Positions 28,890 to 37,167 of a DNA stretch of 64,000 nt are shown here, in pieces. The DNA lies in contig JBPOGI010000007.1 of the NCBI GenBank assembly GCA_051251855.1, positions 264,984-328,983 of the forward strand. Reading direction: 5' to 3'. Both the position numbers and the translations under genes were made by a program. The DNA comes from Roseibacillus sp. GTDB taxonomy: Bacteria > Verrucomicrobiota > Verrucomicrobiia > Verrucomicrobiales > Akkermansiaceae. The notes under the pieces were generated by a model, which saw only the letters and a program-made list of their open reading frames with translations, did not search any database and had not been told where the DNA came from. Each line of letters opens with the position of its first letter. Position 1 is the stretch's first letter.

Positions 28890-29076
28890 GGCGCATGAAA
28901 GAGCCATTGCCAGTGAAAGGATTTCAACAATAAAGTCAACTTTCGCCCATTCATTAATAAGTCCTAAAGAGCTAGCTTTATGAAAAATAGGTAATGACGT
29001 GTATTCCATTAATCCAAAGCAACTAAAGCTTCTCATCGCTCATTGCCCGTGCTTAAAACCTTTTGTTGTCTAATTC

Positions 29077-29253
29077 ATGAGAAAACTTTTAATTACAATG
29101 ACTTCCGTATTTGCCCTGTGCGGAAATGCGTTGGCCACTGCTCAGCAGATTGATGCGGCTGCCGAAAGTAATCTCAGTGCCGTTCCAGAGTCATCCATCG
29201 CGATACTTTTTGGGGGCCTTCTTTGGTTCCTGCTTCTCAGAAAGCGAGCCTAA
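29077..29253 (+). CDS. Minimal PEP-CTERM-like small protein (58 aa)
   Basis: MRKLLITMTSVFALCGNALATAQQIDAAAESNLSAVPESSIAILFGGLLWFLLLRKRA: signal peptide + VPES + TM + RKR. Below the ORF-track cutoff. Confidence 0.8.
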   Translation: MRKLLITMTSVFALCGNALATAQQIDAAAESNLSAVPESSIAILFGGLLWFLLLRKRA

Positions 29254-29262
29254 GCTTCGCAC

Positions 29263-29649
29263 TTAGAGTAAGTTTCTTAAAGCAGTACTCGTCAGCTCAG
29301 GAAATGGGGAAGCTTTCCCACCGGAAACAAAGACCGTAACCATCTCTCCTCGCGCAGCCACTTGACCTCCATCCTTGAGGATGCGGAACGCCCATCGGAG
29401 GGAGCTCTTGCCCATTTCAGAAAGGCTCAGCTCAATCTCGAGTTCTTCGTCAAAGCCTACTGCTTGAAGATATTCGCACTGAACCTTCACCCGAGGCCAT
29501 CCGCCCTCCTCAGAAAGAACGGGGATACCCAGAGTCTTCAATAGCTGATGCTCCGCATCTTCAGCCCATTTCAAAAATTGCGAAAAGTGCACCCGACCCG
29601 AAGCATCCGTTTCGGAAAAGGCGACTCTACGACGGAAGCTTGAAGTCAT
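29263..29649 (-). CDS. Acyl-CoA thioesterase (4HBT/YbgC hotdog family)
   Basis: VAFSETDASGRVHFSQFLKWAEDAE. Start overlaps the fabF stop. Confidence 0.88.
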   Translation of the reverse strand: MTSSFRRRVAFSETDASGRVHFSQFLKWAEDAEHQLLKTLGIPVLSEEGGWPRVKVQCEYLQAVGFDEELEIELSLSEMGKSSLRWAFRILKDGGQVAARGEMVTVFVSGGKASPFPELTSTALRNLL

Positions 29650-30896
29650 TAGACGAACTTCTTCACCACTAGCGTCGCATTGTGGCCACCAAATCCAAAA
29701 CCGTTGCTCATCGCCGCATTCACCTCTAACTCACGACTCTCATTTGGCACATAATCGAGGTCACAGTCCGGATCTTGGTCCTCGAGGTTGATGGTGGGAG
29801 GAACGACTCCCTCTTTCACCGCCATCACACAAGCCGCCAACTCAACTGCACCCGCCGCACCAAGAAGGTGACCGGTCATTGATTTTGTCGAGCTCACCAT
29901 CAGCCCATTCTTCGAATAGTCACCAAAGGCAATCTTCATAGCCTTGGTCTCCGCAATATCTCCCAACGGCGTTGAGGTTCCGTGAGCATTGAGGTAAGCA
30001 ATATCCTCAGGGTTAAGTCCCGCATGCTTCAGCGCCATCGCCATCGCTCGCGCTGGTCCGGTCCCATCTGGTGAAGGTGCGCTCAAGTGATAGGCATCTG
30101 CACTGACACCATAACCCGCCAATTCAGCGTAAATAGTCGCTCCACGAGCCTTCGCATGCTCCAACTCCTCGATAATCACCACACCAGCACCCTCTCCCAT
30201 CACAAAGCCATCGCGACCTACATCAAAGGGCCGGCTCGCACGAGTTGGGTCATCATTGCGAGTACTCAGCGCCCGCATATTTCCAAATCCAGCCAATCCC
30301 ATAGGAGTAAAGCTCGCCTCAGAACCACCAGCTACAAACATATCGGCATCGCCAAACTTAATCATCCTCCATGCCTCGCCCACCGAGTTGTTCGCGGTTG
30401 CACAAGCAGTGACGATCGACATATTCGGACCACCAAAACCATACTCCATCGAGATCAGCCCACTAGCGATGTTAGAAATCATCATCGGAATCGTAAATGG
30501 CGAGACACGTGAAGGTCCCTTAGTAATGCAGGCGGTATGGTTCTTCTCCAAAGTCGCCAAACCACCAATACCGCTGCCCACCATCACCCCCACCCGGGTC
30601 TTATCCAGCTTGTCTGGATCAACGCCAGAGTCAGCCACCGCCATTTTGGCCGCACCCATTGCCAATGCTGCGTAACGATCCACACGTCGGCCCTCTTTGG
30701 GATTGTTGAAATAAGGCAACGGATCGTATTCACGAACTTCGCCCCCGATTTTGCAGACATAGTCGGTGGCATCCATCCCCTCAATCGGGGCGATTCCACT
30801 CTTGCCTGCCTTCAGGCCTTCCCAAGTGGAAGCCCAATCATTTCCTAACGGGGTCACGCCCCCCATACCGGTAATTACTACACGTCGCTCGGTCAT
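29649..30896 (-). CDS. fabF: 3-oxoacyl-ACP synthase II
   Basis: RRVVITGMG, TACAT (Cys), NAHGTST, KSMTGHLLGAAG, NGFGFGGHN. Confidence 0.97.
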   Translation of the reverse strand: MTERRVVITGMGGVTPLGNDWASTWEGLKAGKSGIAPIEGMDATDYVCKIGGEVREYDPLPYFNNPKEGRRVDRYAALAMGAAKMAVADSGVDPDKLDKTRVGVMVGSGIGGLATLEKNHTACITKGPSRVSPFTIPMMISNIASGLISMEYGFGGPNMSIVTACATANNSVGEAWRMIKFGDADMFVAGGSEASFTPMGLAGFGNMRALSTRNDDPTRASRPFDVGRDGFVMGEGAGVVIIEELEHAKARGATIYAELAGYGVSADAYHLSAPSPDGTGPARAMAMALKHAGLNPEDIAYLNAHGTSTPLGDIAETKAMKIAFGDYSKNGLMVSSTKSMTGHLLGAAGAVELAACVMAVKEGVVPPTINLEDQDPDCDLDYVPNESRELEVNAAMSNGFGFGGHNATLVVKKFV

Positions 30897-30945
30897 CTTG
30901 AATTTGTTGAAGATAGCCTAGAGCGGGGTCGCCTCTTAGCAAGTC

Positions 30946-31197
30946 TCATCCGAGTTTGCGGGACCGTCCGCGGCTCGTCACTCCTCCGCACACCTGACAG
31001 GTCCCGAACTTGGATTCCCCGCGAGCGATTTCTTCCAAAATCCCGCACTGCGCGCACTTTCTTCGGCGCTTTCTCAGCTTTCGCTTTTGCTTACGACAAG
31101 AGAGAGCAGCAAAGATCGGCCCTAAAATAAGAACCAAAATCCCAACTAGAAGGCCCCACTGCACTAGGTCTGGTAGCGAAAGGACGTATCGCTCCAT
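30946..31197 (-). CDS. Small membrane protein with zinc-ribbon
   Basis: TM helix, basic stretch, CAQC...CQVC. Start overlaps the upstream stop. Confidence 0.7.
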   Translation of the reverse strand: MERYVLSLPDLVQWGLLVGILVLILGPIFAALSCRKQKRKLRKRRRKCAQCGILEEIARGESKFGTCQVCGGVTSRGRSRKLG

Positions 31198-31970
31198 TAC
31201 TCCGCCTTTTGCTCAAATTTCAATTCCACGACGCCTGATGCGCCCCCCTCCAACTCGAAGCCTCTATCGAAAAGCCCCTGCAGCATCTTTCGAATCGTCT
31301 TCTCAATCTCCCCCTCAGCGCCATCGACCGCTCCCGCAAAGGCCAGCGAACCATCGCGTTCGAGCACCACCGACCATACCGCAGAACGAATCGCAGGGAC
31401 GGGCCCATTCCATGGCAATACCCTTTCGCTTAAAATCTCACTCATCTCCCCCTGCCCCCTCAAAGTCACCTCCCACTGCAACTCAGTCGACACTTCAAGC
31501 TGTGGCCATGAGTCCTCTCCGATTGCCGGCAACGCTGGCAATTTGAAGGCTCCCTGCTCTTCCGTCGGCCAAGTCAGTTTGGGCTCAATCGATGGCGTGG
31601 GATAGAGTTCAAATCGTTTTTCAACCTCCTCCTCTAACCCCAACAAACTCAGCATCCCCTCCAACATCGGAGCATCAACGATCTCATTATCCACCCCCAA
31701 TGACGGGAGACTCTTGTCTGAAAGCAGCTTTCTCAATGAAGGGTGCGAACCTTCCCCCACTACAATGAGCTGCGCTCGATCCACTCTCGCCCGATCAGGG
31801 GCCATCGAAGCAGGGACTACCACCCGAACCGAAAACCAAGTTCCAACAAGAATTGCTGTCGCCAAAAGCAACGCACTCCAAAACCGAATCAGCGCCTCAT
31901 CCCCTCGACTCCAAGCAAAGGTCAGCTCCCTAGGATGCCTAGAAACCCCTGATACAGACTTCGACTTCAT
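31197..31970 (-). CDS. Single-pass membrane protein downstream of exbD (possible TonB/TolA-like transducer)
   Basis: ATG 31970 overlaps the exbD TGA (ATGA). TM helix, Pro-rich linker and C-terminal alpha/beta domain. Confidence 0.6.
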   Translation of the reverse strand: MKSKSVSGVSRHPRELTFAWSRGDEALIRFWSALLLATAILVGTWFSVRVVVPASMAPDRARVDRAQLIVVGEGSHPSLRKLLSDKSLPSLGVDNEIVDAPMLEGMLSLLGLEEEVEKRFELYPTPSIEPKLTWPTEEQGAFKLPALPAIGEDSWPQLEVSTELQWEVTLRGQGEMSEILSERVLPWNGPVPAIRSAVWSVVLERDGSLAFAGAVDGAEGEIEKTIRKMLQGLFDRGFELEGGASGVVELKFEQKAE

Positions 31971-32389
31971 GACGCGGGTGCCTGGAGAGTGGGTTCCGCA
32001 AGCAAACCGCACTCCAATCCCTCCCTCAAAATCATTTCACTTAAGCGCAGCTGCAACGTCGCCGGCAACCGTCGATCAGCCCGCAAAAGCACCATCCGCA
32101 AGCCCTCTTCATCACGCTTGCGACGCAGTGATGCAATCAACTCCTTCTCCGACACCGAGCGCGATCCCAAATAATAAACTGGCTCCACCGCCCCCTTCAC
32201 CGTCAGCACCAGGGCCTCATTCGGCGCAGGAAACTTAGTCTCACTCTGCGGCAAAGTCACCGCCACTCCGGATCGATGCACCAGACCTGCTGACACAAAA
32301 CCTAACAACATGATAAGCACCAAAATATCAAGTGCCGCAAAAGCATGCAGAGGCCCAGGCTTTTCATCAAGTGTCAGGGAAACATTCAA
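31967..32389 (-). CDS. exbD: Biopolymer transporter ExbD/TolR
   Basis: TM Asp (AALDILVLIML), VTLPQS, VLLRADRR. Confidence 0.88.
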   Translation of the reverse strand: MNVSLTLDEKPGPLHAFAALDILVLIMLLGFVSAGLVHRSGVAVTLPQSETKFPAPNEALVLTVKGAVEPVYYLGSRSVSEKELIASLRRKRDEEGLRMVLLRADRRLPATLQLRLSEMILREGLECGLLAEPTLQAPAS

Positions 32390-32401
32390 AGCCTTATTAC
32401 T

Positions 32402-33088
32402 TTACGAGCCCTTCCCCGAACGACGGGTCACGGTCTCAGACATCTTCTCTCGCATCAACACCACGTCCGCTTGGTCGCGCGCATCCATAATCAAATTCAC
32501 CATCTCAATTCCCGTGCGCTCCAGGTCGCCCAAAAGCGCACGCGCCTTCCCTAACAACACCAGATAAAGTCCGTAGGCCGCCGTCGCAATCGCAAGCCCC
32601 ACCACCGTCGTCACCAAGCTCTCGAAGATTCCACGAGCCAGTGTCGATTGCGCTACCGTCGACCCCACCTCCACCACATTACCAAAGACATCTAACAAGC
32701 CCAGCGCAGTCCCTAACAATCCAGTCAAAGGAGCCATCATCGCAATCGCCAATAGTGGCCTCAAATTTCGCTCAATGCGCGGCACTTCGATCTTCACCGA
32801 CTCCTCCGCCACTTCTCGCAAATTCGTCCTCGGCAGAGCATGCCGAATCAATACCGAATGCGCCACCCGTGCCGCCGGCCCCCGCTCGCGGCTCGCTTCA
32901 TAAATCGCCTCCGAAAAGCCCTGCTTACTAATGTGCACCTGCAAACCACGCAGCAGATCAGGCACGCGCGTCTTCACTGTCTGAAAAAAGAGCAACCGCT
33001 CTAAGATCAGCACCAGACCCACAAAAGCCAACACGAGCTGCACCCACAAAATAGGCCCACCCGCTTCCAACAGTTCTCTCACCCCCAA
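32402..33088 (-). CDS. exbB: MotA/TolQ/ExbB proton channel protein
   Basis: GGPILW...ILERL, APLTGLLGT, LARGIFESLVTTVVGL. Confidence 0.9.
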   Translation of the reverse strand: MGVRELLEAGGPILWVQLVLAFVGLVLILERLLFFQTVKTRVPDLLRGLQVHISKQGFSEAIYEASRERGPAARVAHSVLIRHALPRTNLREVAEESVKIEVPRIERNLRPLLAIAMMAPLTGLLGTALGLLDVFGNVVEVGSTVAQSTLARGIFESLVTTVVGLAIATAAYGLYLVLLGKARALLGDLERTGIEMVNLIMDARDQADVVLMREKMSETVTRRSGKGS

Positions 33089-33186
33089 AAGTTACCCAAG
33101 TCCCCGCCAAAGAGCGAGCCCCTTCCGAGTCAAAGCTTTCCGCGTCAAATCTCCCCGACGAAACGACCCACAAACCCCTCTACAGC

Positions 33187-33294
33187 GACATTATGTCTCA
33201 AAAAGCACTCATTCAAACGAACCCCCGTTAAAACGTAACTCTCTGATTAAGAGCAACAAACGGTTATTTCAGTATCTTTGGATCGCGTAATGCA
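33187..33294 (+). promoter_or_regulatory. Putative sigma54 promoter with IHF-like site and upstream palindrome (hsp20)
   Basis: GACA-TTA-TGTC (33187-33197); TAACTCTCTGATT (33236-33248, reverse match to WATCAR-N4-TTR); GG-N10-GC at 33280-33293. Confidence 0.5.
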
Positions 33295-33324
33295 TTCCCT
33301 TCTCCGTCTGAAAACAGAAATATT

Positions 33325-33714
33325 ATGACTACATCAAACTGCAATACTCAACCATCCGTTGTTCTCAATGAACTCTTCCGCAACTTCGCCCCCTCACGCT
33401 CCGCCAACCCTTGGCGCTGGACCGAAAAGGACGAAGCATGGAAAGGCGAACTCGATCTACCCGGCTTTGCCAAAGAGGAAGTGACCGTCTTTATCGACAA
33501 AGACCGCGTCCTCTCCGTAGAGGCCAAACAACCCGAGCTCGCCGAGGGCGAAGAACGCGAATTTAGCCGCAGCGACGTCAGCTATCGACTCCGACTTCCC
33601 CGCGAAGCGGATGCCGAAAAGCTCGCCGCCGGCCTCGAGAACGGAGTCCTCCGCGTGACCCTCCCAAAGGTCACCCCCGACTCCAAAATCGAACGCCGAA
33701 TCGACCTCAACTAA
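33325..33714 (+). CDS. Hsp20/alpha-crystallin small heat-shock protein
   Basis: LDLPGFAKEEV, AGLENGVLRVTLPK, C-terminal IDL (IxI-like). Confidence 0.92.
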   Translation: MTTSNCNTQPSVVLNELFRNFAPSRSANPWRWTEKDEAWKGELDLPGFAKEEVTVFIDKDRVLSVEAKQPELAEGEEREFSRSDVSYRLRLPREADAEKLAAGLENGVLRVTLPKVTPDSKIERRIDLN

Positions 33715-33746
33715 CTTTCATGGCATAGGTGAATTGATTGGTAAAA

Positions 33747-33779
33747 GGCCGCTCTGGAAACAGGGCGGTCCTTTTTTTT
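33747..33779 (+). terminator. Intrinsic terminator
   Basis: GGCCGCTCTG-GAAA-CAGGGCGGTC-C-TTTTTTTT. Confidence 0.85.
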
Positions 33780-33860
33780 ACCTCGTCGTTTTGGAATCTT
33801 AGCCTTCTTGCCTTAACTAAGCACTAGACAGCGGCCCTTCTCTCCGCAAAGTTAGGACAT

Positions 33861-34169
33861 ATGCAAGAAGCCACCTCTCAAATCCGCGATTTTCTCCAGT
33901 TTATCGCTCTCAGCTTCATCGAGCACCCCGACCAGGCCCAGCTCCGTGTCGGCCAGCCCGAAGACGGGCACCTCAGCTTTCGCCTCATTCTCGCCCACGA
34001 AGACGTTGCCCAGCTCATTGGTCGCAACGGCTTCACCGCCAGTGCTATTCGCAACGTCGTCAACAGCGTGGCCGCCCGCGAGAATATCAAGGTCACCCTC
34101 CGCATCCATTCCGTTGAGGAAGAGCAGCAGCGCATGGCTGAGATGGAAGCCAAAGAAATGCTCGATTAG
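33861..34169 (+). CDS. khpA: KH-domain RNA-binding protein (KhpA-like)
   Basis: FIEHPDQ, EDVAQLIGRNGFTASAIR (GxxG loop). Confidence 0.82.
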   Translation: MQEATSQIRDFLQFIALSFIEHPDQAQLRVGQPEDGHLSFRLILAHEDVAQLIGRNGFTASAIRNVVNSVAARENIKVTLRIHSVEEEQQRMAEMEAKEMLD

Positions 34170-34179
34170 AGAGAGCACG

Positions 34180-34563
34180 ATGACTCCTCCCAAAGAGCAT
34201 CGACTCTACGACGTCATTCTCAAACAAGTTCTCTGGGATGAGGACGAGGTAAAGATACGCAAACGTCTCGCCGTCAACGAGGTCAACGAGGACCTCGCAG
34301 AGGCCATCATACAGACCGCGCGCAAAGAGCGGATTTATCTCCTGAGAGCACGCAGCAGAGACACCCTCATCAAAGGTCTGGTAGCCTTCCTTTCAGGCTG
34401 TGCCGTACTTGGGGGCTTTTGGATTCGTATGGGCGCCTTCCACATCGGAGTCATCGCTGGCTCAGCTATCTTCTTGCTCGCTGGACTCGGCCTCATACTT
34501 GCAGGAGCTCTCGGCTACCTAGCAGCTCCGACAAAAAAAGGCTCTGTGGCCGACGAAGGTTAA
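34180..34563 (+). CDS. Hypothetical membrane protein (2 TM)
   Basis: ATG 34180. Helical N-terminus, then two hydrophobic segments. Confidence 0.7.
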   Translation: MTPPKEHRLYDVILKQVLWDEDEVKIRKRLAVNEVNEDLAEAIIQTARKERIYLLRARSRDTLIKGLVAFLSGCAVLGGFWIRMGAFHIGVIAGSAIFLLAGLGLILAGALGYLAAPTKKGSVADEG

Positions 34564-34578
34564 ATTCACCGCCCTCAC

Positions 34579-34605
34579 AAAAAAAGCAGCCCCGCAGGAC
34601 TGCTT
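34579..34605 (-). terminator. Intrinsic terminator of pfkA
   Basis: Minus strand AAGCAGTCC-TGCG-GGGCTGCTT-TTTTT. Confidence 0.75.
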
Positions 34606-34629
34606 CTCAAAAGATAGTTTCGGAAGTTC

Positions 34630-35700
34630 CTACTGTCCGAAGCAGATTCCAATCGCTTTCGCGGCATTCACTACTTCTCCATCGGGATCAACGGTCCGAA
34701 TCTTGTGAACCGCATCGAGAATCGGAACCGAACCTACATGGTAGGACTGGTAGCTGACCATCTGACCAAAGTTGCCTTCGCTCGCTAGGTTCACCGCCAT
34801 CACCCCAAATCGGAGTCCAAGAATCCGGTCCAAGGCAGTCGGGCCTCCACCCCGTTGTAAGTGACCCAAGGTGCAAGAACGCGTCTCTTTACCCGTCAAC
34901 TTCTCAATCTCCGCAGCAACTACTGCTCCGATTCCCCCTAGGTGAACTTCTCCACCGCTCAGGTTCTCCTTCGCCACCAGACCATCCGGCAACTTCGCGC
35001 CCTCAGCCACCACGATCAACGAACTGTGATGTCCCTGCGCTTCCCTTAACTTAATAAAGTCCGCGACTTTCTCCATTTCAAAGGGCATCTCGGGAAGAAG
35101 GACCACATCAGCACCTCCAGCCATTCCACCCCAAAGAGCAATCCAACCCGCATGTCGTCCCATCACCTCGAGAACCATCACCCGCTTGTGAGAAGAAGCC
35201 GTGGTATTCAGACGATCAAGCCCGTCGACAACAGTCGTCACCGCACTATCGAATCCAAAGGTCATCGCCGTGGCTTGAAGATCGTTGTCGATCGTTTTAG
35301 GAACGCCGATTACCGGCCAACCATCTTCATAAAGTTGATGCGCCGTAGTCAAAGACCCGTCACCACCCACAATCACGAGAGCGCCAATTTCGAGCTGATC
35401 GAGCGTCTTCTTCGCCTTATCAATAATCTCCTGCGGCACCTTGGCCACATCACCAGCACCAATCTTTGCGGCAAAATTCCCCTTATTGGTCGTGCCCAAA
35501 ATAGTGCCGCCCAACTTCAAAATTCCTGCGGTATCGGAGCGCTTCAAAAATTTAAAGTCACCCGGAGGCAACAGTCCTTCGAAGCCGTCGCGAAATCCCA
35601 CCGTTTCCCAACCTTTTTCACTCGCTGCCCCCACAACCCCGTGAATCACGGCGTTCAGTCCCGGGCAATCGCCCCCACTATTTAAAATTCCTATGCGCAT
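34630..35700 (-). CDS. pfkA: 6-phosphofructokinase (PfkA family)
   Basis: SGGDCPGLNAVI, GGDGS, PKTIDND, EVMGRHAGW, LGHLQRGG. Confidence 0.96.
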   Translation of the reverse strand: MRIGILNSGGDCPGLNAVIHGVVGAASEKGWETVGFRDGFEGLLPPGDFKFLKRSDTAGILKLGGTILGTTNKGNFAAKIGAGDVAKVPQEIIDKAKKTLDQLEIGALVIVGGDGSLTTAHQLYEDGWPVIGVPKTIDNDLQATAMTFGFDSAVTTVVDGLDRLNTTASSHKRVMVLEVMGRHAGWIALWGGMAGGADVVLLPEMPFEMEKVADFIKLREAQGHHSSLIVVAEGAKLPDGLVAKENLSGGEVHLGGIGAVVAAEIEKLTGKETRSCTLGHLQRGGGPTALDRILGLRFGVMAVNLASEGNFGQMVSYQSYHVGSVPILDAVHKIRTVDPDGEVVNAAKAIGICFGQ

Positions 35701-35745
35701 ACTGTTCTCTTTTTTAAAACTGTTCGTGTCTAAGACCTCATCAAA

Positions 35746-36735
35746 TCACTGAAGCTTTGGAACGGAAAGAACTTCTTGTTGTTGATTGATCGCCGCCGCT
35801 CCAAACTCCGGCACTTGCTGCAATTGGTCATAAGAAGCCCAACCAGCATTCAACAGACCAAGAGCGCGTCCTTCCCGCTGTGTGCTATTGAGAACGACCA
35901 CGATCATCCGACGCGGAGTGATTCGCGCTTTTCCACCCTCAAGCTTTTCGACCAATGATTTACGCTCAGCAGAAATCATCAGACAAGGACCCGAAAGCGC
36001 TGTCTGGCCAGCCTTGAGCCCATTGATTCCCTGCTGCCCCACCAATTGATTCGTATTCGAGACATTGAAGGCAATGGACTGACCCGCCCGAGAAAACCCA
36101 ATCCGACGCGATTTCTGCTCCGTGTAAAAGGCCATTCCCGGATGCCGCATGGCATAAATTGCCAGCCGCGCCATATCACTAGCCGTCGATTTTCCGCCAT
36201 CGCTGCCGTGTGCATTTACAAAGCGCGTGCGACTCATCCCTAGAGCACCCGCCAATTGATTCATCTCCCCCACAAAGGTCTCTGTAATCGAACCGAATCG
36301 ACTCCCGCGCGATTGCTGGAGCTGGTTTCCGACGAAAGCCGCCACCGTCTGCGCCGACACCATATCCGAACCCATCAGCATCGAGTACAACGCATCGCGC
36401 AGAGCAATCTCATCTCCTGGCTGCAATCCCATCGGATTTGGACCCGTAATCGACACCACATCAGGCGGCACAATTGCCTTTTGGGCTAAACTACTCCCCG
36501 TCGCCGTCGCCCAGTCGAAGGTCACCACCGCTGTGGACACCTGGCTCAAGCTGGCTACCGAGCGGGAAGCAGTCGCATTGTGGCTGGCCACAACCTTCCC
36601 AGAGTGAGCTTCAACCGCAATATAAGCCTCTCCACCCGAGTCCGGGCCTCCTCCCACTGTCATTCCCGTGCCCACACAGCTGGGAAGGATCGCTGCGCAA
36701 AGCACCGCTAAAGTCGGGTAGAAAAATCGTTTCAT
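35746..36735 (-). CDS. Peptidase S11 (D-Ala-D-Ala carboxypeptidase-like) lipoprotein with degenerate active site
   Basis: Lipobox LPSC and fold markers FVGEMNQLAGALGMSRTRFVNAHG, STASDMARLA. Motifs read SLSQ / SDM / KAG. Confidence 0.85.
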   Translation of the reverse strand: MKRFFYPTLAVLCAAILPSCVGTGMTVGGGPDSGGEAYIAVEAHSGKVVASHNATASRSVASLSQVSTAVVTFDWATATGSSLAQKAIVPPDVVSITGPNPMGLQPGDEIALRDALYSMLMGSDMVSAQTVAAFVGNQLQQSRGSRFGSITETFVGEMNQLAGALGMSRTRFVNAHGSDGGKSTASDMARLAIYAMRHPGMAFYTEQKSRRIGFSRAGQSIAFNVSNTNQLVGQQGINGLKAGQTALSGPCLMISAERKSLVEKLEGGKARITPRRMIVVVLNSTQREGRALGLLNAGWASYDQLQQVPEFGAAAINQQQEVLSVPKLQ

Positions 36736-36804
36736 CTCGCCAAATGCAATCCCACGAGGCTCTTTTCGCAAGAAAAATGAGGTGCATCGCCACCGATTCC
36801 ACCC

Positions 36805-36833
36805 TTGCAGGTCGCAAGGTCTTGCATTAGCTT
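36805..36833 (+). promoter_or_regulatory. Putative sigma70 promoter for the RRM gene
   Basis: TTGCAG-N17-TAGCTT. Confidence 0.5.
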
Positions 36834-37167
36834 CGCGCCGTCGAAAGACCGGACCCGATGCGAAACTACGACTGCCCTAGCACTTCTTCTCCGCTGGAGT
36901 CGTATTCTTCGAGCAAGGTGTCCACAGCCCACTTAGGGGCAAGACCATTCGTGGAATCTTCCGAAGCATCCACCCCCGGTATTCCGACACACACCCGATC
37001 CGTTCCTCGGGATCACCGCCAATTTTCCGGAAACTTCTTTCATGAAAGAACCGCACTCAAACCGCCTTTACGGCGAATGAGACCTGCGACAATTCGTGGT
37101 AGCAGACATTCCCTTGCTTATTCTGTGGCGGTCTTCCCAGTTCGAACGGACGAACCGAAACAAGACA

